Source of the DNA: Mycobacterium leprae TN
Lineage (GTDB): Bacteria > Actinomycetota > Actinomycetes > Mycobacteriales > Mycobacteriaceae
Assembly: GCF_000195855.1 (NCBI RefSeq)
Contig: NC_002677.1
Location: forward strand, 810,001-842,000
Direction: 5' to 3'
DNA length: 32,000 bases
A program made the position numbers and the translations under genes. Numbering within the stretch: position 1 is the stretch's first letter; the number at the start of each line of letters is the position of its first letter. Shown in pieces: positions 9,971-21,994 of this stretch. The notes beneath the pieces were generated by a model, which was not told the DNA's origin, ran no database searches, and saw nothing but the letters and a program-made list of their open reading frames with translations.

Positions 9971-11182
9971 ATGTCCAATGAACCCAAGATCAAAGTCGAA
10001 GGCCCGGTAGTCGAAGCTCGGTGGTGATGAGATGATCTGCGTAGTCTGGAAACTTATCAAAGGACATGTTTGATCCTGTTGCATCTGGATATCAACCTGG
10101 ACTATTACGAACTGGACATCGAGCATCGCGATTGCATTGACGACCAGATAACGATCGACACCGACCATGCCATTAAGAAGCACGGTGTGGATGTTAAGTG
10201 TGTCATGGCCACCCCTGACGAGGCCCCTTTCCAGGAATGCGATCTGAAGGAGATGTGAATGTTGCCCAAAGGGACTATTCGAAATATTTTGATCGGAAAT
10301 ATTTTTCGCGAACCGCTTGTAATCGCTAATGTATCGCTACTGGTTTTGAGTTGGGCCAAAAAGATTGTCATGGTAAACCAAAATTTTTGGTGATCAGTAT
10401 CGGACAATCAACTTCAAAATTAGCCAGTCCGGCTCCTTCTCAATCACTTTCACTTCATCCGAAGGCAACGAGCCGATCGTGCACAAGTATCAAGTATGGT
10501 GTCGATCCCCTCCGATGGTGGTGTCGTGCAAGGCGCTACAACTTCAAGGATTCCATCCGCGATTTCGTGCACGTCGTTTTCTTATGGCTTGAACGCTAAG
10601 TGGCTGGTGTACCTGTTGACTAAGAATACCATTTTCAAGGTCTGCGACGGCATGTTAAAAGACACGTTCCGTCGCAGTCTAAGACGAGGAATTCAAGGAC
10701 GAGTTCGAAGCCGCCGGGCTGATCTACGGGCGTTGGCTTATAGACGAGATGCTAGCAGCCTGCCTCGAGTGGGTGGGCGGCTACGTGTGGGTCTGCAAGA
10801 AGTATGACGGCGACATGCAATACAGACATCGTCGCGCAAAGCTACGATTCGCTAGGACTGATGACGGCTGACGGTAAGGCGGGCGAGGCTGTGCACGACA
10901 CCGTCACCCGGCATTTTCGACAGTATCAAGCCGACCTCGACAAATCCGATCACCTCGATCTTAGCTTGGACGTGCGGACTGCAGCATCGCGGCAAGCTGG
11001 ACGGCACTTCGGAAGTGGTTGACTTCACCCAGAAGCTGGAAGAGTGTTGTCATCGGCACGATCGAGAGCGGGGAAGATTACCAAGAACTTGGCCTCCCTC
11101 AATCGGTTCTGAACAAGACTGGCAAAACAGCGAGGAATTTCTCAATTCAATCGCCGACAATCTGAAGAAGGCGCTCGGCTAA
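9971..11182 (+). pseudogene. icd1: NADP-dependent isocitrate dehydrogenase pseudogene (Rv3339c-like)
   Basis: Starts MSNEPKIKVEGPVVEARW-stop, then 'DQITIDTDHAIKKHGVDVKC.MATPDEA', 'MVSIPSDGGVVQGATTS', 'RDFVHVVFLWLERKWLVYLLTKNTIFKVCDGMLKDTF', 'TATCNTDIVAQSYDSLGLM', 'DTVTRHFRQYQ', 'TSWASLNRF...FSIADNLKKALG'. Multiple frameshifts and stops. Confidence 0.93.
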
Positions 11183-12012
11183 CTCGCTGGGCTAGCGGCC
11201 TCGGCCGGCTTGCTGCATTGGTTGATGAAGTTGGTGATGAGCTTGGTGATTACCTCGGGCGCTTCGAACATCGGAACGTGCCCCATGCCATCGAACTTGG
11301 TGACCTGGGTTCTTTCGGGCAGGTGGTCGGTGAAATGACGGCTGTATTTGGGCGGCGGGAGCACGCGGTCCTTCTCACAGAGCACCAACAGAACGGGCAC
11401 AGTGATATCCGCCAATTCTCGTAGCCCAGGCTGTAGCAACGTCTTGATCAGCAGCAGGAAGTAAGCTGGGCAGTGCCCGGCATCCTCTACGATGTTGCGC
11501 AATTGGTGTTCGCTCAGCCCTGCCGGCGATCCGGTCAGCGGCAGGCTGGCTAACCGGTGGCTGAACGGTAGGGATAACGCCCGCGAACCGAGCCCGCGGG
11601 CCACCGCCACCAATGGCATCCCAGCGACGAACTTGGCGATCACTTCGAACTTAGCCAGGCTCCAGCGTGTCCAACCGCCCGCCGGGGCGATACCGGTGAC
11701 GCTACGTGCCCGCCCACGCCGCTCGAGCTCGAAGACGACCCACCCACCGAGCGAGTTGCCGACCAGGTGGGCGGTATCCCAGCCCAGTTCGTCCAGTTGC
11801 TGCTCAACATGGTCGGCCAGAGTCGAAACGCTCATCATCCAACTGCTCGCGGACGGTCCACCGTGGTGGGCGGCCATCGTCGGAGCGAATACCTCGTATC
11901 GTTCGGTGTTGGCCAACTGTGGGGCCACAATCTCCCACACCGTCTGGGACATCATGAACGGGTGTAGCAGGAGGACCGGCTCTCCAGAACCAAGGTGAAT
12001 CGGCTGGCGCAT
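11179..12012 (-). CDS. Alpha/beta hydrolase (Rv3338/Rv3337-like)
   Basis: ORF 11179..12090; ATG at 12012 gives 277 aa. Motifs: EPVLLLHPFMMSQTVWE, AHLVGNSLGGWVVFELERRG (G-x-S-x-G nucleophile elbow), VPVLLVLCEKDRVLPP, FDGMGHVPMFEAPE. Confidence 0.88.
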   Translation of the reverse strand: MRQPIHLGSGEPVLLLHPFMMSQTVWEIVAPQLANTERYEVFAPTMAAHHGGPSASSWMMSVSTLADHVEQQLDELGWDTAHLVGNSLGGWVVFELERRGRARSVTGIAPAGGWTRWSLAKFEVIAKFVAGMPLVAVARGLGSRALSLPFSHRLASLPLTGSPAGLSEHQLRNIVEDAGHCPAYFLLLIKTLLQPGLRELADITVPVLLVLCEKDRVLPPPKYSRHFTDHLPERTQVTKFDGMGHVPMFEAPEVITKLITNFINQCSKPAEAASPAS

Positions 12013-12110
12013 GCTGCCGACTCTAAAGGTGGTACCCCGGGTACCGCAAGCTACCACTGGCCGGTGTCGCTGGTGTTGGCAGGCCGGCACGGATGAAAAG
12101 GCTCACGTGA

Positions 12111-13157
<1,047 letters not shown>

Positions 13158-13168
13158 GGCTTATCGCC

Positions 13169-14110
13169 ATGACGGAACCGGCCAACACGGGGATTATTGA
13201 TCGGCTGCGGGGCCGGTTCAGATGGCTCGACCATGTTGTGCGCGCACACCAGCGCTTCGACGAGCGCAACGGCAGCTTTTTCGCGGCCGGTCTCACCTAC
13301 TACACTATCTTCGCGCTGTTTCCTATGTTGATGGTAAGTTTCTCGGTGGTGGGATTAGTGCTGTTTCGTCGTCCGGAGTTATTGACCACGATCGATGACC
13401 ACATTCGGTCTGCGGTATCTAGTCAGCTGGGACAGGAGCTGGTCGACTTGATGAATCGGGCGATCGATGCACGCGCGTCCGTCGGTGTCGTTGGCCTGGC
13501 TACCGCGGCGTGGGCTGGTCTGTGCTGGATGTCGCATTTCCGTGCGGCGTTGACCAAAATGTGGTGGGAGCACCATATCGATCCATCGAGCTTGCTACGC
13601 AACAAACTGTCTGATCTCTTGGCGATGGTGGGAACATTCGTGGTATTCTTGACCACCCTAGCGCTCACCGTGCTGAGCCATCAGGCACCGATGGCCGCTA
13701 TACTGAGATGTATTGGAATAACTCACTTTTTTGTGTTCGGTGTGATTTTTCAGGGTGCGTCGGTCTTGGTGTCAACGCTGGTGTCCTGGTTGTTGTTTAC
13801 TTGGATGATTGCCTGGTTACCGCGGAAGTCTGTCAATTTGGTTGCCTCGATGCGTGGCGGGTTGATAGCTGCCGTAGGGTTCGAACTTTTCAAGCAAGTG
13901 GGGTCGATCTACCTGCAGATAGTGCTACGCAGCCCGGCAGGCAGCGTGTTTGGTCCGGTGCTTGGTGTTATGGTGTTCTCCTATTTCACAGCGTATTTGG
14001 TTTTGTTCGCAGCCTCCTGGGCAGCGACAGCGGAGTTGTGCATGAAGCCTGTCAGCGTTCAGCTCCCGTGGTCATATCTTTTCCCGGGTAGAGACGAAAG
14101 CGGGTCCTAG
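13169..14110 (+). CDS. YihY/BrkB (YhjD-like) family inner-membrane protein (Rv3335c-like)
   Basis: 313-aa intact ORF starting 11 nt after trpS. 'FFAAGLTYYTIFALFPMLM' signature and multiple hydrophobic segments. Confidence 0.9.
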   Translation: MTEPANTGIIDRLRGRFRWLDHVVRAHQRFDERNGSFFAAGLTYYTIFALFPMLMVSFSVVGLVLFRRPELLTTIDDHIRSAVSSQLGQELVDLMNRAIDARASVGVVGLATAAWAGLCWMSHFRAALTKMWWEHHIDPSSLLRNKLSDLLAMVGTFVVFLTTLALTVLSHQAPMAAILRCIGITHFFVFGVIFQGASVLVSTLVSWLLFTWMIAWLPRKSVNLVASMRGGLIAAVGFELFKQVGSIYLQIVLRSPAGSVFGPVLGVMVFSYFTAYLVLFAASWAATAELCMKPVSVQLPWSYLFPGRDESGS

Positions 14111-14182
14111 CACACGTTAGGCGCTGACCACGATGGCCGTGGGAGCCGTTGTTGCGCTGTTATTTTCCGACTATCCCGCTGA

Positions 14183-15375
14183 TCACCCGATCCCCGGTTA
14201 CTGTGACGGAGGCCAGGTGTGGACCGGGCCGGCTGTCTGCCCAGTTGCCATGAGCCATGACGGACGTTATCTGCAAATCATGTTCTAGTACAACAAGATT
14301 GAAGTACAGATCTGCCCTAAGGCTGTCCACGCTGTCGAATCCGAGAGCCCGGGCTGGTGCCGCCGCGGTCATCTGAACTGCGGCGGCCAGCTCCGCATCA
14401 AAGTCCTGAACCGATGCTGAGCCGGTTTGGACAACTCTGCAGAAGGGTTTACCCTATCCACGGCAGGAGTGCTGCTGGCAATACAGCGAAGTTTTCTGAA
14501 CGCGAACCACATTGGACACTACTTCGATCTAAACCGCACCAAGCAGAAACGTTCCGTAGTCACAGCTGGACGCGGTGATTGCATCGAATACCACGGTGAC
14601 CCGGTTAGGACCCGCAGCATGAATCACGGCGTGCACTGCGCTGGGGGTGCACATGTGTTCCGTCGGTGATGAACTCGACAGTGACGCGCGGGTCGGCCAT
14701 TAAAGCTAGCGCGGGTCCGGGTGCGCGCTGGTGCGGTGGCGGTATCGCGTAGATGGTTTCCGACGGTCGCTCTCAGGGTGACGGCTTGGGTTGCCTGCGT
14801 ATGTGATTCATACGTATGTCCCACGGCGACAACAACACCTGTGTCACGAAAGTGCTGCGTAGTTGATCGTTTCCACGCAGCTCGGGTGCCAGTGTGACCA
14901 TACGGGTCGCTTCAGCACCGGTGGTGCGTATGGCTTAGATTTCCAGTGTTATCCGGGTAACGTAACTGCGTGCTGTCGTGTGCTATGCACTGTGCCGTGC
15001 TCAACCACGTTCTCTCCAGGTGAATTTTTGCCGCAATGCCCCGGCGCGTTGCCTAGACGAATTCTCATACCGAGCCGGCGAATTCTGCAGGCATGTCGTT
15101 GAGCAAATTGGCCAGAGTCATCGTAATATATTGCAGCAGTTGAAATTCGGAGTTCATAGCCACCCATGGCGTTTTCCGTCTACGTACGATCTGCAGCGGA
15201 AGTGCACATTCACGTTGATAAAACCATTAATTACAATTAATTGGGAAAATACTGTCTTCAGACAGAAGAGATGTGTCGGTACCGCAGGCCAAGATCTGCC
15301 AGCCGGCTGTCTGTAGCCAGTTTGGTCGGCAGATTTGTTCGTCGATGGCCACTGTTCCGGCACTGATCACGATCA
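14183..15375 (-). pseudogene. nagA: N-acetylglucosamine-6-phosphate deacetylase pseudogene (Rv3332-like)
   Basis: Minus-strand pieces in order: 'SAGTVAIDEQICRPNWLQTAGWQILACGTD', 'AKIHLERTWL..AHDSTQLRYPD', 'RMVTLAPELRGNDQ', 'GHTYESHTQATQAV', 'DPRVTVEFITDGTHVHP', 'MTAAAPARALGFDSVDSLRADLYFNLVVLEHDLQITSVMAHGNW'. Frameshifts and stops between pieces. Confidence 0.85.
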
Positions 15376-15394
15376 CAGGGTCCGTGTCACCTTG

Positions 15395-16300
15395 TGCAGC
15401 CCGAGCGGACTATCGGGCTCTTAACTGTGGGCAATAGCCAGGTGAAGTGCTAGCTTCTGCGACGGAAAGATTTTCAGCACCGGCGACAGTTCATCGGGTT
15501 GCCTGCTGGGCAACGCGATCCGACCTGCCAAGTGCCCAGGCGTGGGGCCAGTGCCGATCACGAAAATGTCGGCCCCACGTTCTGTCAAGCGAGACAACGT
15601 CGGCAGTATTGCTCGGCCGCTGGTGCCTTCGAGGACGATGGCTAACACCAGTCACCTGGGTGTCCACTGTGGCAAGCGCACTGTGCAGCAAGTTGTCACT
15701 CGAAAAAGCCTGAAAAGAAAGGTAGCACGTCTACATCAGGTTGAGTGCTGTTTCGCAGGCTGTAGGATAGGAGTAGCCATGTCCGGTGATGATCAACCGT
15801 TGAGTGAACCGTTAGTGCTGGGCGAAGGGGACGACATCGTACGCCAGCATGTGTTCACCCAGTTTCGGCAGCTGGGTCGGGTGTGCACCGTCGGAACCAC
15901 TTAGCTGACCGAACAGTAAATACAATGTTAGCAGTTCGGCGGTGTATGACTTGGTTGCTGCAACCGAACGCTCCGTCCTGGCGAGCACGTTTACGTGGAT
16001 TTCGGCGGCAGCCGCCACGTCGGAGTTCGGGTTGTTGGTCATGGTCAGGTTCAATGTGCCCTAGCTGACGGGCCATCTCGACGGATCGCATCAGGTCCGG
16101 TGAGCCGCCAGACCGGTTAGAGCATGTTGTGCGGTTTCGTGCGGATCCCGTTATTATTGTCGTTGACGGGGACACCAGGCCGGCAACCTGGGGATGATTT
16201 CGGTGAGGTATTGGGCTTTTGTGCTGCGTAGTCACTGCTACAACAAGCAATAAAAAACGTGAATCGATTTGCGGAAGAGGAGATCCGGTCTATCTCAGCG
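15395..16300 (-). pseudogene. SIS-domain sugar isomerase/deaminase pseudogene (AgaS/GlmS C-terminal-like)
   Basis: Minus-strand pieces 'AQYLTEI', 'AGLVSPSTT', 'SGGSPDLMRSVEMARQLG', 'TMTNNPNSDVAAAAEIHVNVLARTERSVAATKSYTAELLTLYLLFGQLSG', 'YSYPTACETALNLM', 'QAFSSDNLLHSALATVDTQV', 'RLTERGADIFVIGT', 'DELSPVLKIFPSQKLALHLAIA' spread over three frames. Confidence 0.85.
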
Positions 16301-16380
16301 CTGACCTGGAGCGGTCATAATCGACTATTAGCGACAGTAGATGTTTCTTCAAACCAGAGCTTGCCCGTTTCCCAGAAGTG

Positions 16381-17560
16381 TTAGAGCCCCTCGGGTTGGC
16401 GAACTTTGGTCTCTGGCGTGTACCGATAAACAACAGTGAAAGCAATCGAAGCAAATAGCCTAAACACTGCTAAAGCTTCTGTGACACTTAGTGAATGAGG
16501 TATAGTCGGTAAGCTTATGGCGACGATCGCGTTGGTCACCAGATTGGAAGGGAAGTTAGCATGGCGTTTGACCCCATCGACTGCAGCAGAGTCGGGCATG
16601 CTTGGCCAGCTTACACTCACACTAGCAAGCCGAACCCGAAGCTAAAGTCTATGCTGAACAACAGCACGTTGCCGAATTCTTATAACGGCCTAGCACCGCT
16701 GAATCCTTGGGTGAACAAAGCAATCAACACGACGTCGTCGGTGCTTATGGCTGCGATGCCGGCTAACAGAATCTGGCGCTGACCTCTCCAGGCGACCAAA
16801 AACCAGCACGGTACACACCGCCGCAACGCCGGCTAACTACACCAGAGCCGGCAACGTCAGCAGAGCGATGTTGTTCTGAAAGCCCATGGCTGCAAACAGC
16901 TGAGAGCTGTAGTAGACGACCAATTTAATGCCGGTAGTCTGGGCGAGAAAGCCCAGGGTGATCACGAAAATGGTGGCCCACCGATACGACCACCACAGCA
17001 TGGGGCTACGCTACCATTGTCTTCGCTGAGGACATGGGTGATCTCGGCAAGCTCGGTCCGACGCGGTTTTCGAGCTCCACTTTGCTGCAGCGCCCGGCGG
17101 GCGTCGAAGACCCGGACATTCAGTTGGCACCAGCGCGCAGTGCATGGCATGCGCGCCAATTATCGACAGCAACAGCGCCGCGGCCACCACAGTTGAACCC
17201 CAGAATCCATTGCCAACTGTGCGTACCAACCAGCAGGTAATTGGTCAGATAGCCGAGATGGTACCGCTGACGATCGCCACTTAATAGGTGGTCAGCCACG
17301 ATCCGCGCACCGCGACCGGTGAGGATTCCCCGAGGTACACCGGTACGATCACCACGGTCATGCTGATGGTGGGGCCAGCCAATAGCATAGGCGACGAGAC
17401 CGAGCGTGCACCCAGGAGTGCGAAGACCATATAGCCTACGGGGATCAGCACTATCGACTTCTGACGTCCGATTGCATTGGTGAGTACGCTGGCGCTGAAC
17501 GCTTTGGCGATCTGGCCGAGCACCGTCGATCGTCGTCAGCAGTTTTTGTTGCCTTGTGGT
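16381..17560 (-). pseudogene. sugI: Major facilitator sugar transporter pseudogene (Rv3331-like)
   Basis: Minus-strand fragments 'GRQKSIVLIPVGYMVFALLGARSVSSPMLLAGPTISMTVVIVPVYLGESSPVAVRGSWLTTYQ', 'YLTNYLLVGTHSWQWILGF', 'VFDARRALQQSG..RRTELAEI', 'FRLFASIAFTVVYRYTPETK', typical of sugar-porter MFS proteins in broken frames. Confidence 0.8.
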
Positions 17561-17600
17561 AAGGACGAATTGATCAGTGATGAACATCAGCGCTGCCGGC

Positions 17601-17652
17601 GATGCCGGAAAGGACCTAGTCTTAGATGCCGGAAAGGACCTAGTCTTAGATG
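17601..17652. repeat. Exact 24-bp tandem repeat, 2 copies plus a 4-bp partial
   Basis: GATGCCGGAAAGGACCTAGTCTTA at 17601..17624 and 17625..17648, then GATG. Confidence 0.95.
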
Positions 17653-17876
17653 ATGTCGACGCTGGACAACGGTGAGCCCAACCATTAGTCTGTACTGCTA
17701 AGGGCGAATCAGCTGACCGACACCCGGTCGTTGCGCAACTCAAGGACACGGTCGGAGCGTTCGAAGGTAAGACACATCGAGAACCAGGGAAACGTCCTGG
17801 TTAAGGGTCTTCATCACGGCAGAGACGCCACCACAACCAAAATGTTGTGAATGAAATCCAGATTGTTCAGGCCTGT

Positions 17877-19112
17877 TCAGTGTTGTGGCCGGCGGTTTAG
17901 CGAACGCGTGATCATGATTAAGCCGAACACGATCAACGTACCGACGACCGCTACGCCTATTCGTACCGGAAGCGTGTCGTTTGATGACATGATTCCGGCG
18001 GCTTGTAGGCCATGGCCGTGCCGATCTGCGTTACCGGCCACCGTGGGGTCGGGTTCGATCAGTGTGCCTATCTGGGTTCCGACTGCGGTGCTAAAGCCAT
18101 AGTCCAACAAGTGCGCTGCTTGTTCCCACGGCGCAATCGGCTGCCGGGTCCCGTGTAGCAGCACCGCCATCAGCCGTCGACCATTACGGTTGGCGGCGCC
18201 CACAAACGTTTGGCCAGCGTCGTCGGTGTAGCCGGTCTTGCCGCCCAACGCACCCGGATATTGGTAGAGCAACTGGTTGTCGTTTTCCAGCTGGTAGCCG
18301 GGATGGTCGCCGGGACCGGGGAAATTGAAGGTCCGGGTAGCGACGATGTTGCTGAACGAGGGGTTCTGCCAGGCGTACCGGTAGAACAAGCCGATGTCGT
18401 AGGCCGACGTGCTCATGCCCGGCCCGTCCAGCCCCGATGGCGTTGCTACCCGAGTATCCTGGCCGCCGAGTTTGGCGGCCAGCACGTTGATCTTCTGCAG
18501 CGCTTGCTGCATACCGCCGAGCTGCATGGCCAACGAGTGCGCGGCGTCATTGCCCGACTGCATCAACAACCCGTGCAGTAGTTGGTTGATAGTGTATGTG
18601 CCGCCGTCGTGGACGCCGACCTTGGTGCCCTCGGCGGCGGCGTCCTCGGCAGTTCCGGCGACCGATTTGTTAAGGTTGAGCGTGTTGATGGACGCCATGG
18701 CTAACAGCACTTTAATGATGCTGGCCGGGCGGTGTCGGCCGTGTGGATCGCGGGCAGCGATGACGGCGCCGCTGTTCAGATCCGCCACCAGCCACGCCTC
18801 GGCGGAGAGGTCACCTGGTACTGGCGGCGTGTCTGGAGCGGTGACGATTCCGCAGCTGTTCAGTGCCGCGCCGCCGACCGGTTTGGGCGGCACTGCCAGC
18901 GGCATCGGTGGGTTACCGGTTTGGGGGACTTCCGACGAGTCCACCGCTGGTGGAGTGGACACCTGGTATGGGCATGTTGCTGGACCGGCGTTGGGTCCGG
19001 CATTCGGTTCGGCATGTCCGACTGGCACGGCGGTAGGCAGGTCCAGCGCGACTGGTCCAACGATCGCGAAAACTGCTGCTGCCAGGCATGCGGTGGAACG
19101 TAAAAAAGACAT
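17877..19112 (-). CDS. dacB1: D-alanyl-D-alanine carboxypeptidase (penicillin-binding protein, Rv3330-like)
   Basis: 411-aa ORF with signal peptide. SxxK motif in [17 protein letters not shown] motif in [17 protein letters not shown] motif in [14 protein letters not shown], and a C-terminal TM segment. Confidence 0.97.
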   Translation of the reverse strand: MSFLRSTACLAAAVFAIVGPVALDLPTAVPVGHAEPNAGPNAGPATCPYQVSTPPAVDSSEVPQTGNPPMPLAVPPKPVGGAALNSCGIVTAPDTPPVPGDLSAEAWLVADLNSGAVIAARDPHGRHRPASIIKVLLAMASINTLNLNKSVAGTAEDAAAEGTKVGVHDGGTYTINQLLHGLLMQSGNDAAHSLAMQLGGMQQALQKINVLAAKLGGQDTRVATPSGLDGPGMSTSAYDIGLFYRYAWQNPSFSNIVATRTFNFPGPGDHPGYQLENDNQLLYQYPGALGGKTGYTDDAGQTFVGAANRNGRRLMAVLLHGTRQPIAPWEQAAHLLDYGFSTAVGTQIGTLIEPDPTVAGNADRHGHGLQAAGIMSSNDTLPVRIGVAVVGTLIVFGLIMITRSLNRRPQH

Positions 19113-20039
19113 CGTGTGTGCAGAGTAGGCGATCGGGCGTCTAGTTAGCGTAAGCCACGCTGTGATTGATGGTACAGAAGTTGCAAAGTGTGCTAACTCA
19201 CCTTGGCAGGCGATATACGGACAACGTGCGAACGGGCTTTCGCGGTAAACGCGGTATCCGACCAGTCCGCGTGCCGACTCTAAACTAATTGGAATCCGGA
19301 GAGTTGAGCCATGAGGTCAAGTTCGGCTGGTGCTATGATTCATAGCGCGGACTGCGCAACAGGTGAGCCTGTTTTGCCATTGCCGAAACGAAAGTCATGT
19401 GAGACAGACCTCTGGTGTTAGGACGTCATTAGGTATCCAGGTTGATTTAGTCGGGCTCGCAATCAAACATCGCTTCCTGCTGTCCGAGCGGGAGTGTGCG
19501 TAGCTTTGGCACAACAACTCGATTACGAAGCGCTCGCTGGGGGCGAGTTATAGTGTGTTGCATTGTGGAAGCAGAAGTCCCGCTCGGTTTCTTGGGGAAG
19601 TGGGTTGGAGATTGTGTTGTAGGCGAATATTAGGAAATGCTATATTAGCCTGCCAGCCACGGTGGTGGTCATGTTGTCCGCGACGACGGGAATTTGTTTC
19701 AGCGGCCTTTTCGCGGAACTGGGCGGTTATCGCATGGGATAAGTGCGATGCCGGTGACGGACACACCACACCCGCTTAGCGGGATAGCCACTCGGCCAGT
19801 GTCTATAGCGAATTTTAACTCCCGGCCACCTGACGCGATCTCGATGAGATACTCAATTGTCGGCTCTTGTACCTCGGGTGCAAACCATCTCGGTATCTGG
19901 GGTGTCATACCGCTGTGCCACGTTGGGGTCCCAAATCTCCTCCTGGAACACGGCGCTGATTATGTCGACTTATGTCGACCGGCACATCGTAGCTTTCAAC
20001 GATTATCGGATTATCGCGTGCGCCTGCAGCCGCGTGCAG

Positions 20040-21240
20040 GCCTCGGTGAGCATGCCGCACAGGAAGATGGATTCGATGGTGTCCACAACTTGGCCTGATC
20101 AACTGATCAACGGCGGCGCCAGCTGGATGACGGAATCGCCGCGGTCGTCGGTGTGACCATACAGCCCGGCCGCAAAGAGCGCCGACGAAACGGTACCCAG
20201 CAGCTCTCGGCGTTACTCGTCAGAGAAGGTCTGCTTGGTCGCCTGGTCTTTGACTAGTTCTATGCTGAAGAAATAACCCTCGCCGCGGACATCGCCTACG
20301 ATCGGCAGGTCATGCAATTTCTCCAGGGTGGCGCACAACGCGGGTGAGTGCTGCTTTACCGGCTAGTTGAGGTTCTCGCGCTTGAAGACGTCGAGGTTGG
20401 CCAGCGCGACGACTGTCGATATCGGGTGATCGCCGAGCGTATAGCCGTGCGGAAACAACGTCTTGCCATCGTTGAAAAGTTTGAACACGACGGTCACTGG
20501 CGATTATCGCGCCCAGCAGTGAATAGCCCAACGTCAGCCTGGTGGCGCGGGTTTTATCATGCCGGGCTGGTAGCCGAAGTCGTCACAGGTGAACATAGAC
20601 CCAGTCCGGCCGAACGCACAGATAACCTTGTTGAAGACAAGTAGTACGTCGTATTCGTCGCAGATCTCGCGGACCCGCTCAAAATAGCCAAGGGAGGAGG
20701 TGGTAATGGAATCACCTGCGTTCCGCACCGGTTCCAAGAAGATCGCGGCAACGGTCTGGGGTCCTTCGAACTTGATTCACCTCGGTTGTCCGGTCAGCAG
20801 CCCACTGCACGAAGGCCTTGATGTCGGGTATGGAGCAGCTCGGGCTTGTGTTGACACCCCGGAAGCCGCCGAACGTCACCGGCTCGAACGGCGCTTTGAA
20901 AAATGGTAGTCCGGTAATCGCTAGTGCGCCTTGGGTGGCGCATGGTAGGCGATAGAGCACGAAATGGCCTTATGTTTGTCGGGTTTGCTGTTGAGCCTGA
21001 AGTACTGATTGGCAAGTTTCTACGCGGTTGCGACCGTTTTGGTGCCGCCGGCTGATGAAGAACACTCTGTTTAAGTCGCCCGGAGAGCATAGTGGGCTAG
21101 ATGTTCGGCGAATTCGATCGCAAGCGGTGTGGCGTATCCCCACAGTGGAAAGAACCCCAGTGTCCTGGCTTGCCAGAAGGAACTGCGGCTGAATCCTATG
21201 TCAGTCATTTACCGGCTGACCGGAGCTGTGGCCGGTAAAT
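20040..21240 (-). pseudogene. Class III aminotransferase pseudogene (Rv3329-like)
   Basis: Minus-strand pieces in order: 'WGYATPLAIEFAEHLAHY', 'GALAITGLPFFKAPFEPVTFGGFRGV', 'YFERVREICDEYDVLLVFNKVICAFGRTGSMFTCDDFGY', 'LPIVGDVRGEGYFF', 'QVVDTIESIFLCGMLTEACTRL' in different frames. Confidence 0.9.
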
Positions 21241-21249
21241 GAGGACCTC

Positions 21250-21990
21250 AAAGCTGGTTGATCGTGGTGGTAAGTCAAGCTTGGCCTAGATCGACTGGGG
21301 GCGGCGACTCACTGGCGTGAGCGGCTACACTGGTAACTAGCTGCCACGAACCCGTGGTCGTCGGTTTGGACAGTGTCGATCTGCTGTCTACCGTGGTGGC
21401 CGCCGAGTGTGCTTGGCTTGTGGCAATGATTGTACTAGAACGCCTCAGCCTCGGTCAGTGGGTAGCGTTCGTGCTGCATGACTGGTGCGCTGTACGGTTA
21501 GCCGATGTGGCAGATGTGTTCGGGACCAGCGTGGCCGCTACGCTGCCGCTGGCCCGTAAAGCTGTTACCGCGGAGTCGCCCCAAACCCGATCCCAGCCAC
21601 AGCAAGGTGATCAGCCAGCTGATGGCCGCAATGGCCAATGGTGACCTGGAAGCCGTGGTGTTGTTGTTTAATCCCGATATTGTCTTTAACGACGATTCAA
21701 ACAGCAAGGTGAACAAAGAAATTCACGTTATCAGCGGAACGGACAAGGTGGCACGGTCCATGTTTGCCCTAGCCCGCCACTAAGGCCCGGTGTTCGTTAC
21801 CATCAATTAGCTGGCACTGGTCAACGGTGATCTGGGCGCCTACACCGAAGGTTACTCCGGCATCGATGGCTATCGGGAGATGGCCCCGCGGATCACCGCG
21901 ATGACGGTGAAAGACGGAAGGGACTGCGCCATATTGTATATGGCTAACATCGATAGGTTTATCGGCTATACGTTGCGGGGTAATCAACGG
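21250..21990 (+). pseudogene. sigJ: ECF sigma factor SigJ pseudogene (Rv3328c-like)
   Basis: Fragments 'PVVVGLDSVDLLSTVVAAE', 'AMIVLERLSLGQWVAFVLHD', 'VADVFGTSVAAT', 'RKAVTAESP', 'HSKVISQLMAAMANGDLEAVVLLFNPDIVFNDDSNSK', 'NGDLGAYTEGYSGIDGYREMAPRITAMTVKDGR' (SnoaL-like tail). No intact frame; the N-terminal sigma2 part is largely missing. Confidence 0.87.
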
Positions 21991-21994
21991 AATT

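Noticed and set aside
11492-11998. 168-aa plus-strand ORF
   Set aside because: Antisense to the intact alpha/beta hydrolase; no recognisable motif.
14133-14288. 51-aa plus-strand ORF MAVGAVVALLFSDYPADHPIPGYCDGGQVWTGPAVCPVAMSHDGRYLQIMF, which resembles a small secreted protein
   Set aside because: It is the antisense of the readable NagA C-terminus (SVMAHGNW...), so the similarity to a secreted peptide is probably coincidental.
18409-19128. 239-aa plus-strand ORF (plus 18210..18581 and 18732..19103)
   Set aside because: Antisense shadow of dacB1, with no recognisable domain.
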